NCBI GenBank assembly: GCA_030324005.1
Contig: JARDVH010000106.1
Location: forward strand, 37,163,042-37,227,041
Source: Negaprion brevirostris
Taxonomy: Eukaryota
Reading direction: 5' to 3'
DNA: 64,000 nt
Shown in pieces: positions 39,413 through 52,965 of the stretch. The notes beneath the pieces were generated by a model that saw only the letters and a list, made by a program, of their open reading frames with translations, ran no database searches and had not been told where the DNA came from. Positions within the stretch are counted from its first letter, which is position 1. The number at the start of each line of letters is the position of its first letter. Both the position numbers and the translations under genes were made by a program.

Positions 39413-40921
39413 GGGATAAGGGACATCATGAAAATTGGGTAGTGATGAGATAAGCTCCAGCTGTCAAATCTCAAAGTAAGTAAGTGGTTGAATGGGAGAC
39501 AAAAGTGATCAATTAAATGTCAAGGTAAAAGGGGGCAGAAGAAACAGGATTTGAAGGTTGCACAAATATTTCAATAAAAGTACAGAATGAGAGTGAGCTG
39601 CAGTAATGAGGGGTATGAGAGCACTAGGCCCCAAAGGGTAATTGGCATGATATTTTAATGCTAGTGGGATAATTTCAAAATAAGGATTGTCTTTATTGGG
39701 AACTGATCAGCATCTCTCGTGTCACTGTTTGATTTAGTTAATCCATAAAGAATCCTGGTTAGAGCGTATGACTGATTGCAATTCAGTAAGACAGTGAACT
39801 TCTTACACAGAAAGGAAATTTCCTCAGATCGAAATCTGCAGAGAGATCCATCAACTCAGATAACACCAAACCTCTTGCCTGCAGTTACTCTATAACAATG
39901 CAACAGAAGGTAGCAAGTAATTATTTGGAGAAATAATTTAAACTGAATGCTTTTGATTATCTTTGGAACCTCTGTCAACATACTGGAGTAAAAAGTGAAG
40001 AATTCATTTGGATGTTTCAAGTGTTTTCAGACAAACCAGGGTGAAGCGTCCCAATTGCACTATAAATGACCCACTGCCACAACCATTTGTAATGTGTAAT
40101 TTTCAAAAAGAAAATAAGCATGGTAGGCCAACATGTTGAGAAATTACAATAATATATTAATGAGCAATCCTCAGACTCAGGTGCTTCTCATAGCCAAAAG
40201 CTAGAAAGGTTAGATTTTGCATCAACTGCAGAAGTCAGAAAAAAGTGACCGTCAAAGAGAAACATTAAACGTGTTAAAATGCAGGTACATAACAACACAG
40301 TATCTGACCATTGAACAGTCTCAAGTAGCTGAATGTTCTAATAGCACGTCAAAGATGCTCAGTGCCTTTCTATTTGGGTGTGCACTTTTGACAAACATGT
40401 TGGCTGATCTGACTCACAACTGTGTCTGTGGACAATATGACATGTTATCAATCAGTGCTGGACAAAGAACAAGGGACAACATAAATTGTTTTTCAAAATA
40501 AAAAAAATCACAGCAGGTTGCTGTGGTTTGAAATGCACCACTGAAGAGAATGGTGGAAGTAGGCAATATTCAAAAAAAAGGGCAAGTAATTCATGGCTAT
40601 GGGGAAAACGTGGGATTTATTGCATTGCTCTACCAAAGAGCTAACATGAGTATAATGGGCTGAATAGCTTCCTGTGTTGCATGATTCTAGTAATTGCAGG
40701 CCATTTGGATTGCAAGATACTTGCAACCATAGTTTGGCAGAATTTGATTTCAGGTTGTTACCTTGCACTTATTGCCCATTCAAAACTGCTGGTCAGCTGG
40801 GGTAATGTTGCATATGTTCCAGAGCTTGATTTTTCTATAATTCAGAGCTAATNNNNNNNNNNNNNNNNNNNNNNNNNNNNNNNNNNNNNNNNNNNNNNNN
40901 NNNNNNNNNNNNNNNNNNNNN

Positions 40922-41000
40922 GATCAGCCATGATCTTATTGAATGGCGGGGCAGGCTCGAGGGGCTAGATGGCCTACTTCTGCTCCTATTTCTTATGTAC
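40922..41000 (+). mobile_element. Young CR1 3' tail next to gap
   Basis: Near-identical to 14525-14600 and to the reverse of 38960-39027. Confidence 0.8.
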
Positions 41001-43189
41001 TTACATAAATTCCAAGATGAGATATTTGGCCATTTCACAAATATTTCAATGAACCTACCAACAAGTAAACTGGTCAGTAATGAAAATTACTGTTAATACT
41101 CATGTAAAGCCTTATCATTTATATATGCCAAGTTCAAAACAGGGTGAGGGATGTTAATAACGTTTGATAAAAAGGAGTCCATGGAAACACCTGGAGTAGA
41201 AACTTTGTTCAGTTGTTCTCCAAAATTTACTGATTCATTTGCCAAAGAATTTGGGTATTGGCAACTGGGGGCTCAAGAGCCAAGCTGCTGGCATAGGAAT
41301 TATTTCTATACTTCAAGGCTCAAAGTTATTGAGTGGAAATGATGCATCCTAGTTTGGCAAGTGCAGTGTTGAGAGGCAACAGACACACAATTGAGTAAAT
41401 GCCCTGGTAGTGACTTATCCAAATCAAATTATACATATCACATCAAGAAAGACAGTCATAAATACTTACACAGGTTATATCTACAACAACTGGGATACTT
41501 ATGTATCTCCACTTGTTCTTAATACAAGTGCATTTCTTGCCAGAACAATTGATTTATTAGCATTTCATCTTTGGTGGAAAGAAAATCTCTCTCAATGTTC
41601 AATTCAGACTCAGGTCCAAAAAAAGGTCAAAATGTTCTGGGACTCAAGGGGCATTCTAATAATTGGGATACTCTAGCCACACACCAAAAGATGGGATATG
41701 TTCTTAACCTCTATAGTTCACTGACCACAGCAATGTGATTAATTTCTACGGTTACATTGGAAGAAGGTGAGTGAACATTATGTTCTAAACAGTTGACTAT
41801 CACTACAGGGTAGCTGCCAAAAATGACACCATACAATTCTTTATCACTTCAGTATTCCCAAGTGTATATGAATGGGACTTGGTGCAGATTAGGAGATCAA
41901 ACAGTGGAGATTTGGACAAGCATGAGGATGGGAGGTTGTCAATGAAACACTGAAATGGCCATATCTGGAAGCAGAAGAAGAATAAATAATAGAATTTGCG
42001 GCAAGAGTACAGAGTTTGAAAAGGAAATTGAAGACAACGGCTTATCTCTTCCCATAAGCAAAGCTGGTAAAAAAAGAGAAAATTGAGCCGATTCTGGGGG
42101 AAGAAAACAATATTTAGAAGTAAACTTAAATATTCACCATGTTGAAATGTTTGAATCCCAGAAACAAATGACAGCGAGGAATTCAAAACAAGAAAATCGT
42201 ACCTTTGTTAGCGTACAGGCAATGGAACTGTGGAATAACTTTTTGAAAAGGCATTAAAGCAGACTAAGTTTTTTTTCTGGAATCCTTAATGTAGATAGCA
42301 TCACAAAGTACTCATGCGCAAGATAGTTGGGACAAATATCGAAATCAGATTTGGAGATGGAGCTGGAAACTTTTGATAATTCCTTTTAAAAGCAAAATGA
42401 AAACAGGCAGCCATGAATAAATAGAATTCCCAAGAAGCAGGACCAGTGTGACTTTTGTGGGGCAGGGGACCACTAACAGGCCAGAATCAAAGCTTCAACA
42501 GAGAAGCTAATTAAATAATATTTCGGACAATGGAGTCAGTAAAGGTCAGAAAAATGGGGGTGGACAAACAAGGATTTTGGAGTGACTGTATAAAAACAGA
42601 AGAGCTTTGGGCAAGTTAGAGTTCATGGAGGGAGGTGGATGGGATACCAAAAAATAGAGTGTGAGATAGTTAAGACCACAAGTGATGCAAACACAAACAT
42701 TTCCATGGTTCAAAAGCTTAGACTGAAGCAGAGGAAAATGGTGGCAATTTTGGTGGTGGTAGGATGCGCCGTTTAAAGACCATTCAAGACAGATTAATAT
42801 ACCAAGATTATGGACAGCCTGGTTCAAGAGAATGACCAGAGAGGCGAAATCAGTGGTGAGACAACAGCATGCCACCCAAGTGAAGGAAATGGCTTCAATC
42901 TACATCATGCTGAGCTGGAGGATGCACCAGTTTATTCAAGATTTGATGTCAGACTGGCACCTTGGGTATTGTGTCAGATTTAGAAGAGGTGCTGGAGGAC
43001 AGTAGTTCAATCAACTTTGTCAAATAAAGCACAATAAGATCATTTATCACTTTGCCAAAAGATGTTTTGGTACTTTGAACAACAGAAGTAATTTGGAAAC
43101 CAAAAATGTAAGAAAGAAATGTCTGCATGTACTTTGAAATTAAAACCTTGCTTGACAAACCTCATTTAATTTTTTAAAGTAGTAACAAA

Positions 43190-44400
43190 GAAAGTTGTTA
43201 GGTAGATGCAATTTATTTATCAAACAGGCAATGTGCATCTCCATAAAGAGACCATTCCCAATGTAGACCAAATTGGTTCTGCACATGTGGCACTCATCAT
43301 CTACATCAAAACTGGCTTTCAAAAGCTGCAGGTAATGCGAATATTTCAGCACGCAGGACTTCTCAGGAATTTGTTCGCAGTGCTTCCAGCTTGGTCATGA
43401 CAGTTGTCCTTTGCAACAGATGATTCAAAGGCTACCTTGGACAAGTGAAAAAGACATGGGAAAGACAGACCAGATTATCACAGAATTCAGCGCTAGCCCC
43501 AATCCTGTTCAACATGTATACAAATAATCTTCCTATAACCATGTCCCAGAAGTTTATCTATGCTGATGACATCTGTTGTCCTTCAGCAATCTGGACCAGA
43601 TCCTTAAAAAGATGTTAGAAAATTGACACAATGCTGCAGCACAAGTGTTTATGTCAAATCCCTCCAAAGCCATATCCAGTGTATATCACCTCCATGATGT
43701 CAATACCAAAAATTATACATTACATGAATGGCCAGAGATTAAAGCATGATCCCAACCCAACATACTGGGGAGTGACATTAGATAGGACCTGGTCCTTCAG
43801 GAACAGCTGAAGGAAACAGTAGCAGAAGTCAAAACAAGAAACAATCAATTAACTAAATTTGCTCGACGCATGTAGGGCACTGCTGCTACAATAGCTTTGG
43901 ACTTCTGCACTCACCCCATCATACTCCGCAGTGGGGTACTGTGCCCCTCTCTGGTAAAACTCATCACATGCTATCTTGTGGACATTCAACTGAATGCTAC
44001 AATATTCATTATAACTGGAACACCCAACAATCAACCTCCCTCATCTGGCTTCCTGCACTCAAACATCATTCCCTACACATCCCCTGACTGTTGCAAACTG
44101 GTTCGAACTGTTGCACCTCACTTATCACTCCATGATAACTTATCACTTCCAACCTACCTACTGCCTATCTTCCATCTCAGTGTACCACATAGATCAAGAT
44201 CTGCCAGCAGACATTCTTTGGATAAAGGTTTGGGAAACATGAGAAAGTCACTAAGTTCCTCCATGTGCGAAATGGCAAACTTTGAACCACCACAGCAAGA
44301 GTGGTCCTTGCTAAACAGGCTCAGGACAGGACAAGGCTCCAATGCAGCTAATCTCCATCTTAAGGCCTCAGCACAAAACTCTTGTACATTTGTGGAGAGA
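43190..44400 (+). mobile_element. Vingi-like non-LTR retrotransposon remnant
   Basis: SALAPILFNMYTNNLP...KFIYADDIC; PTYWGVTLDRTWSF; LVDIQLNAT..IITGT; EWSLLNRLRTGQG; multiple frameshifts. Confidence 0.7.
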
Positions 44401-44499
44401 CACAAATAAATGTTGCACACTACCAAGAACATCCCTTATACAAAATAAGAGACAGCAAATGAGAAGGCCATCACCTGGCTTTGGGGGTTTGCATTTGCT

Positions 44500-45912
44500 A
44501 AATAATATTTTAAAATGATCTAAATTTCCAAAGGCTCCACATAACATACAGACAACTAAGGTGAGAAGCAACACAACGGATAGCTTATTGGGCGCAAGAT
44601 AGAAAGCAGAAAGTTGGGATAAAAGGTAGTTATTTGAGTGGCAAAAGGTGGGAAGTGGGGTTGTGCAAAATTCAATGTCAGTCAAAATTTATATTGATGA
44701 TTTAGATTTTAGAATCGTAGAAACCCTACGGCGCAGACAGAGGCCATTCCCCCCATTCAAGTCTGCAATGACTCTCTGAAAGAGCATCTTACCTAAGCCC
44801 TATGCATTCACCCTGATAATCCTCCAATTTAGGACACTAAGGCAAATTTAGCACATCTAACTCACCCAACCAGCACATGTTTGGACTGTGGGAGGAAACC
44901 GGAGTACCCAAAGGAAACCCTCACAGACACAGGGAGAACATGCAAACTCCACACAGACATTGACCCAAGCCGCAAATTGAACCTGGGTGCCTGGCACTGT
45001 GAAGCAACAGTGCCAAACACTGTGCCACCAGCAAAACCAGAATTTCTGTATTTTCTGATATTCAGTTATTTCGGGGAGCGAGTGAATCGTCCACTATAGG
45101 AGGAGGGCTGCAATAAAATAAAAGACAACAGTAATGGAGTTGCAGAATGAATATATAGCTGGCAAATGAATTTCAACACTGATAGTGTGAGATATTGCAT
45201 TTTGGATAGAAAAATAAAGATGTCACTTATCACTTGGAAATTATAAATCTAAATAGGATAGAGGAGCAAAAGGATGAGATAACAAATATACACAACTAAA
45301 AGTAGCAATGCTGGTTAGTAAGGTTTTTTTTACAGAGTTTTTTTATTGTTTATTTCTAAAGGGATAGAATTAAAAAGCAGAGAAGGCACCCTTAATTTAT
45401 ATCAAAATTTGATTACTCTGTAGTTAAAAGTATTGCAAGCAATTCTGATTTCAATATTATAAAACGGATATACAGGTACTTGAGTAGATATAGAGAAGAT
45501 TTACAAGGTTGACGCCAAAATTGTGTACACATATCAGGAAAGAATCTCTTTCCTCTTGGAGAGAAGGGTGTGAGTAACCTACGGTATTTTAAATTATGAA
45601 AGAGTTTGATTGTAAACATAGAGTCTTTCCACTTTCAAANNNNNNNNNNNNNNNNNNNNNNNNNNNNNNNNNNNNNNNNNNNNNNNNNNNNNNNNNNNNN
45701 NNNNNNNNNNNNNNNNNNNNNNNNNNNNNNNNNNNNNNNNNNNNNNNGGGAGCAAGTGAGTAAGATGAATCGCGTGAATGCTTTTAAGGGGATACTAGCT
45801 AAGTGTGAGGGTTGTGCTGATAGATGGACAAGGAAGGATGGGAAGCAACTCCAGTGGAGTACGAACAGCAGTAAGCACCGTTTGGGTTAAATGGTTTGTT
45901 TCTGTGTAGTAC
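44500..45912 (+). mobile_element. Old CR1 ORF2/3' remnant interrupted by a SINE
   Basis: KAPHN..., YIDDLDF before the SINE; WQMNFN..CEILHF after it; tail aatggtttgtttctgtg. Confidence 0.65.
44716..45030 (-). mobile_element. Near full-length V-SINE/HE1-like SINE
   Basis: Reverse strand starts ggtggcacagtg (box A), then ccaggttcaatt (box B); conserved core ggactgtgggaggaaaccggagtaccc on plus strand; CR1-like tail. Confidence 0.85.
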
Positions 45913-48014
45913 ACCACGTGTAATTTTATGTAGACACCAGATTGGAGCAATGAAAATGAAGATTTGAGAGGCAGGCAAAGTGCTAGTTAGTAGGAGTGCC
46001 TTCAAATGCCTTTGATTGTAATTGCCACATTTCCTCTCCAAACAGCAAGCTTGTTTGTTTTAATTTTTTTTTTAAAACTGCATGAAAGAAGTGATTAACA
46101 TGAGCGAGATATTGCTCACAGTAAGGGTAACATTAATAATGTCTACTCACAAGAGCTAGAAAAGACAGCAAAATTGTCAAAGGTATTATAACTATTTAAG
46201 TAGCAAAGGATTGAGTAAGTGATGGATTTCTGGAGGTCAATTTGAAGAGGATGAGTTGTGAAGTAGTGGACAAAATGCAAAGAGTTGAGGATGGAGGATT
46301 TGGTGAACAGGAAAAGACAGGTTGAAACAAGGGATAAGTGGATGGAGAAGCAGTTGCATGAATGGTTTTATTATTCAGCACCAAGAAATTCAGGAACTTC
46401 TCATTTGCTGTTTAGGATCAGAGTAGACACGTTGCAGGGGACCATTAATCTTTGAGACAACTGAGGTACTCTGAACGTATTAGACATGGCAGGGTACATT
46501 CAAGAGAAAACATCAGTGAAGGCAAAGGTAATAAATTATTTCTGTACAATGACAGTGGAAAGGGCAAACAGAAGAAAGTCATCTTAAGGCAAAAGAAACA
46601 GTCAAGCTTATAAGCAGACAAAATAGTAATGGATTTTTTTGTAAAAGTACTAGCGAGAGAAAGTAATTTAAATTGCTATTCAATTAGTGTAATTTTTCCT
46701 TTATTCCTTTAATTTCCAGTTTAAAAATCATCTAAGGTTTCACTGATGTTGACACAAACCTCAAATTTAATTAAAAATAATTGCCCTAGCAATTACAGTA
46801 TTTTGGTATTATTGATGCTTTGTTGATCATTTGTAAGAGATAGATATGCATGTAAGTTATGCTTAATGGGATTTCCCATCATATTAGGTCAAAAAGTAAC
46901 CTCGTACAAAACTCACTAGTCCTAACTCAAATATATTACTTATAAAGAAATCCAATTTGATCTTCTATTGAGTTGACTGGAGGCAGCCTTAATTATATTG
47001 TCTTAAGAGATCTTTATTATTTTATCATAAAGGTTGCCATTTTTCATGGAAGGGTCAACAGCATTTCCTGAAAATTGTTATGAAAGCAGACATGCATATC
47101 CATGCTTGGTGGTTCCTGCTGAAATTCTGGGCCTCCAACAGGTGGAGCTATTATTCAACAGGATATGGTGTGTGTGCTTGGTGTAGACAAGGAGACTGGC
47201 GGTAATGTCATCTCATTCTTCAGTTACATTGCTTTTCTAGTGTCTTTGTCCACCTGGGGAGGGCTCAAAACCATAGTTGTGAAATGACCAGCTAATGACC
47301 ATTTTTGAGGAGGAGGGTAAGCAAGATATCTTGAGTCAAAAAGCCTCCGAGATGATAATGTAAATTCTGAACCAAATCAATTCTTTGTAATTCAATGCCT
47401 AATCTAAGGTAATCAAGGGCACATCACTGACCAACAAGTCTGGTGGATCATCAGTGGAATTTAATGGGGGAGGGGGGCATACGTTAGCCTGGAGTTCTTC
47501 TCACTTTTCTGTAGATAATTCAGAAAATGAATGCTTTAACTAGTAGGACACACTTTGCTGGACGGGAAGCTTGGAGTAATCAAGTCCAACGATACTCCTA
47601 CACATCTTTGCTAAATGGAGTCTGTCCCAACAGACATGTACACTGCACACTGGGTAAACAGAAAAGACATATACATTTTCAATAGCTTTTCTTGGAGACT
47701 CAAAATACAGTAGGTCCCTACATACGTCAGAAAATTGGTTGGTTAAAAAAAATCCTATATCCTGCTGGACATCGTGACTTAAATTAGATTACTTAATTTT
47801 GTACTCGCCAATGTTTAAATAATCTTTAATATTGTGTTGCTAAGTAATTCTAAACCAGAACTACTGAGGGGGAAAAAAAGCTGAATTTAGAGAAGACAGC
47901 AATATACGAATTTAATTTTGATGGAAGTGTAGACTGTCCCCTGACCAATAAACAATGACAAATACAGTAAATCCATTTAACTTCAATTGATTATCATTTT
48001 TATAAATAAGATTG

Positions 48015-48325
48015 CTGAAAAGAGAAATATGTTGCCAAACCTTTCAATCTTGCAATCTCAGGACAAAAATGAAAAACTAACAAATTTCAATCGCAACAAT
48101 TTATAGCACAGAAATTGACTGGGCTGCAAACCCAATAAATTGGCCAAGTTTCTGCCGTGGAGAAAGCAATGGAGGAATGCAGGTGCCTCAATTTCCTGGC
48201 TAATTAAAAAAGGCACAAGGTTTGCACATATTTCTTTTGTTTGCAGAGAACAGGGCCTTGCATAAGAACGTATGTCACTTCTAGCAAATGTAAATGAGCA
48301 ACCCTGAGTGCGCCGATAGTGTAGC
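48015..48325 (-). mobile_element. Penelope-like element 3' fragment (GIY-YIG C-terminus, UTR, degenerate hammerhead)
   Basis: 48204-48299 (minus) reads AHLHLLEVTYVLMQGPVLCKQKKYVQTLCLF*, resembling the PLE C-terminal HL..LE..YI....P.LC.QK motif; hammerhead-like remnant at 48032-48066. Confidence 0.65.
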
Positions 48326-48474
48326 TATCAATTTAAGATAGCCAGTTAAGCATGTAATGTGTCTCATTTAGCCACTGGAATCTAATAAATTAATCTAGAT
48401 AATTATATAATTTTCCAATGCACATCTGCTGAAATTAGTGGCGAACTTTCACATCCACTGAAAGGGATGTAGAG

Positions 48475-48868
48475 AGCGATGGCCTAGTGGTATTATTGCT
48501 AGACTATTGATTCAGAAACTCAGCTAATGTTCTGAGGACCCAGGTTTGAATTCCGTCATGGCAGATGGTGGAATTTGAATTCAATTTTAAAAATCTGGAA
48601 TTGAGAATCTATGGATGACCATAAAACCATTGTCAATGGTCAGAAAAGCCTATCTGATTCACTAACCTGGATGGGAACCTTTAGGGAAGGAAATCTGCCA
48701 TCCTTAACTGGACTTGTCTATATACGACTCCAGAGCCCCACAATGTGCTTGGGTCTCAACTGCCCTCTATAAGGGCCTAGCAAGCCACTTAATTTCAAGG
48801 GCAAATAGGGGTAGGCAATAACTGCTGGCCAGCCAGCAACACCCAAAGCCCACAAATGAATAAAAAAA
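48475..48868 (+). mobile_element. Full-length DeuSINE/SacSINE1-like SINE
   Basis: Box A tggcctagtgg, box B ggtttgaattcc, central tttagggaaggaaatctgccatcctt, LINE-like tail ending atgaataaaaaaa. Confidence 0.8.
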
Positions 48869-49432
48869 TTATTTATACTGAAGTAAATCTTGTCCAGCTG
48901 CATAGTCGACAAGTTAAAATTGAACAAACAGAAGATAACGAAAACAATTAAATTTATACACCACTTTCTTTTCTGCTATAACGCCCAAGATCAGGATTGG
49001 AATTTGGGGTCTCTCAACTGAATATAAAGATCGTGTGTGTGTGACTGGTCACATCCCTGAGTTTGGTAAATCAAAGCTTGTCCCAACTTACCAAACAGTT
49101 AAATTTTTTTAAGTGCAAAGATTGCATAATAATTTACAATGCATTTGCATTCATCATGCATAACTACCCAGATAAAACTGCAATATATATGCCATGGTGA
49201 TAATACAGTAACTTCCAATACTTAAAAGAGAATCTCCTCCTGTGCGACAATTTCTTTATATTTAACAAATCAAATAAAAGCAGTAAAGTCACACAAATAA
49301 TGGGATTAAAGGGGTGGGAAAAGAAAATGCCACCAGCGCTAACTACTTAGTGACTTGAAAATGCTGAACACAAACTGTTCCATAAATGCCAAGTGATTAA
49401 ATTGCAGTAAGAATCTTTCAAATGCTACAAAC

Positions 49433-49482
49433 CTTCCAGTAGTCAGACTGTAAACTGTAGTACCTCTGGTATGCAGATAATG
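49433..49482 (-). CDS. KDM6A: KDM6A/UTX-family coding exon (equivalent to exon 4)
   Basis: 50 nt; tctttcag|CA ... AAG|gtttgt; encodes (A)LSAYQRYYSLQSDYWK; phase fits the preceding exon. Confidence 0.96.
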
Positions 49483-49879
49483 CTGAAAGACAAAAGAGAA
49501 AAAAATCTGATGTGAAAATGTTATGAATCAAGAACAAGTAGTAAAATGGCAGAAACCTGGGGGGAAAAAAGAGGATCTTCAACAGAGCAGCCAGAATATG
49601 AAGACAACAAATTCTTCCAAAGATAAGGATTTTAAAATTCCAACACATTGGAAGACAGGAGGTGAGACTAATGTAGGTTTATAAGGGGAGAAGTAATGGA
49701 TAAGCAGGAGTTAGCCTAGGGCAAGGTACAAGTAACCATGCTTTGGACAAGGTGAAGTTGACAGAGCAGACAAAGAGAGAACAGCATGGGTCACATTAAA
49801 ATAAATTGCTTTTTTAGGTGACAAAACGGTGATAGGGATTTCCACGACAGAGGAGGGGGGACTCAGGGACAAACATATG

Positions 49880-49979
49880 GGGTGGTATTTTCTGACCATG
49901 CTCACCCTAAAACCAGAAAATCCCACCCAAAGTCAATGTACCCCTTCCCCGTGGTGGGCGAGATGGGAAAAGTCTGCCC
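49880..49979. mobile_element. 100-bp Harbinger-like MITE
   Basis: Imperfect TIRs gggtggtattttc / gaaaagtctgccc (9 of 13 match), ATG on both flanks; related reverse copy near 53050-53180. Confidence 0.5.
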
Positions 49980-51339
49980 ATGGTGTTTGATGTGATGGGT
50001 GTTAAATGTGATTGGGTTAGTCTTAAAATGAGAGATTCAGGTCAAGGAAGCAGAGGAGCGGTAAGAAATAAAATCCATGGCTTTGATCTTCTCACTGTTC
50101 AAATGAAGGTATGTGTGGATCATCCAAGATCCAAAGCAATCTTCTAGCTGCTCACAGACAAAGAGAAGTACTGGACATCATCACAAGGACATAGAAGCAT
50201 TCTCCATGCTTCCCACTAATGTCTCTAAGATACAGCAAATTGAAAAGGAAAAGGAGGATGAAGGACAGATCCTTGGGGTGCTTTTGATATGTCCCAGTAA
50301 AGTAGGAAAAATAAGTTGTTGCTAGACATACATTGGCTGTTTCCAGATGAGCGGAAAAACGCAAGGGAACAGTACAATGAATTCGGTAGTCGAGGGGTGG
50401 TAGAAGATAGCAAAACAAATGAAAGTGGAAGATTAGGAGATACAACGTGTCATGGTTCAACAGAAGACACAACTCAATTTTGGCTAGGGCAATTTCAGTG
50501 TGATACAAAAGGCAGACAGACTGGAGAGATTTGAAATAGAAAATCCTTTGAGATGGGAACAGAACATGGAGGTTATAACACTCTGAGCCCCAAAAGTAGT
50601 GAAAGGTGAGGGATGGAATTATTACAGAGCCTCAAAGATAGTAAAAAGATTAGAGATAGAATTATTAGGGAAGGGTTAAAGCATTATTATAGAATGTATC
50701 AAAAGGTATGAATGAAGTAATCATGGCAATTTTGGAAAAAAGGAATAGGCCTGTGGAAAATTACATCAGTTAGCATCTGGGTTCATAAATGGTAGTTGGG
50801 AAGATTTTCAAAAATTGTCTGTGCGAGTATGCAGTTAAGTAACAAACATTGAAAAGATAAAACTAAATTGGGACTATGTCTTCAGAGTGGGAAACATAGT
50901 CCTCATAACTGCAGCTGTCATCTATCTACCAAGCACAGCAGTGAATGTTTTAGCAACAAAGCGAGTAACTCAAACATTAGTTGATACTTTATAACCATAC
51001 CTTACAGATCAGACAGTTGCTCATTATAAAATAATCCTGTGATTTGTCCCAGTTTTTATGTTGCGTACGTCGCCAAAAATATTGGACAAATCCTCAAAAA
51101 TATTACCAGCATAGGCGCACCAATTCTCTCAAATCTCATCAAAATGCCAAACAAAATTGAGAACTGTGATGGTTCAGAAGACAAAATGAAAAACAAACTA
51201 AGACGGAAAAGCAGCAAAAAAGATATAACACTCCATTTGGTCTATGCTACAAAATAAATTTGATTTTACATGGCAAAAGTGTGACCCCTGCAAGCATTTT
51301 TGATCCACTCTTATTTCTTTGCTAATTTCTCAGAAGTCA

Positions 51340-51575
51340 ATACAGATATGCGGGGGACGTATTTTACGCAGAGGGTGGAGGAGGCCTGGAAATGTACTGC
51401 TAAGCAAAGTGCTGAGGCAAACACGCTAGGATCATTTAAGACTTACCTAGATAGCCACATGAACAGACGGGGAATAGAGAGATACAAACGGATGGTCTAG
51501 TTAGGAACACATGATCAGTGCAGGCTTGGAGGGCCAAAGGGCCTGTTCCTGTGCTGTATTGTTCTCTGTTTTTGT
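51340..51575 (+). mobile_element. CR1 3' end
   Basis: DMRGTYFTQRVEEAW..., 3' UTR gggcctgttcctgtgctgtattgttct. Confidence 0.8.
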
Positions 51576-51584
51576 TCCTCATTG

Positions 51585-52870
51585 TAGGCATAGGCCAGTC
51601 AGCCCCTCGAGCCTGTTCTGCCATTTAATAAGATCATGGCTAATCTGGTCGTAATCTCAAATCTGCATCCCGCCTACAATGATAACCTATCACCCCTTGC
51701 CAAGATGACCCCTAGATTCCCCAATAGCGAAAATCATTTTTCTCTATCTACCCTATCCGCTCCCCTTCATTTTTTTTGAAACCTTGATTGAAGCACACCT
51801 TAACCTTTGAAATATTAGACAATACAACCCTAGTTCATATAACCTCTCCTTGTAATTTAATACTTAGAGGCCAGATATCATTCTACACTGTATTGTATTC
51901 AAGACCAGTCTATCCTTTCTATGGTGTGATGCACACACAGAACTTAGTGTTCCAAGTGTTGTCTAACCAGTGCTTTATTTAGCTAAAGCGTGAATTCCTC
52001 TTTGTATTCTAGTGCTCTTGATATAAAGACCATCATTTCATTAGCCTTTTTGATTATTGTGCTTTTCATTCATGGTGCTTAAATGATCTATGTACCTGAA
52101 GGTGTAAATTGTTTTGGATCTCCACGACATCTCAATTTTTTGCCATTTAAAAAGTCACCTGTTTCATCCTCTTTTAGGGTCCAAAGCGGATGACCCCAGT
52201 TTCACTCCCACTACAATCTGTTGCCGAAATTTTCACATTCACTTAATCTGTCACTATCTCTTTGTAATTGTTTGCTTCAATCTACATGCTGAGAATGCCA
52301 CATATCTTCATGTCATCAGCAAATTTGCATATGTGATTTTCCAGTCTTTCATCTAAACTGTTCATAACTATGCTGAATAGTATTGTTCCTTCACTGCCAC
52401 TGTGTCAAATCCTGGAATTGGCTCTCTAACATTGCCCTGTCCAATATATCACAGGTCTCTTCAAAAAATTAAATCAGGTTTATCAGGCATGACCAGCCAT
52501 GACAAATCCATCTCTGCTTTTCGATCAGCTGAAACTTTTCAAGATGTTCAGTCACCTTATCCTTAATTATAGACTCGAGCAATTTCTGAACACTAGACAT
52601 TGGATCTATCGTTTTCCTCTGTCATCTTTCTTAAGTAAGAGGGACATGACCAATTTTTCAATCTAAAGAAACAATTCAAAACTGAGAGAACTTTGGAAGA
52701 TTATAGTTAGGACATCCATAATGGTCTTCCCAACTTCCTCTAAAACCTTGGGATGGATCTGGTCAGGGGATTGTTGCTTTTTGGAGCTATTGTTGTTTTT
52801 ATGACTATTGCATTGCTTATGTTAACCTCCTGTATGTTAACTTCCTGTCCCAGATTCAATATTAATTTTC
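51585..52870 (-). mobile_element. Old decayed CR1
   Basis: Reverse tail (ggccagtcagcccctcgagcctg), tcatcagcaaattt (KFADD reverse), GPD..P remnant near 52750. Confidence 0.65.
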
Positions 52871-52874
52871 CTAG

Positions 52875-52965
52875 CAAAAAGAGAAAGTGCTGAAAAATCT
52901 CAGCAGGTCTGGCAGCATCTGTAAGGAAAGAAAACTGCTGACATTTCAAGTCCTTTGTCAAAGCT
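52875..52965 (-). mobile_element. Penelope-like pLTR fragment with degenerate hammerhead
   Basis: Minus strand: agctttgacaaaggacttgaaatgtcagc ... agatgctgccagacctgctgagatttttcagcactttc; related piece at 31853-31895. Confidence 0.55.

Noticed and set aside
48475-48560. tRNA gene
   Set aside because: Box A/B belong to a SINE head; no cloverleaf, and it continues into a SINE body. Same for 44960-45030 and 29569-29625.
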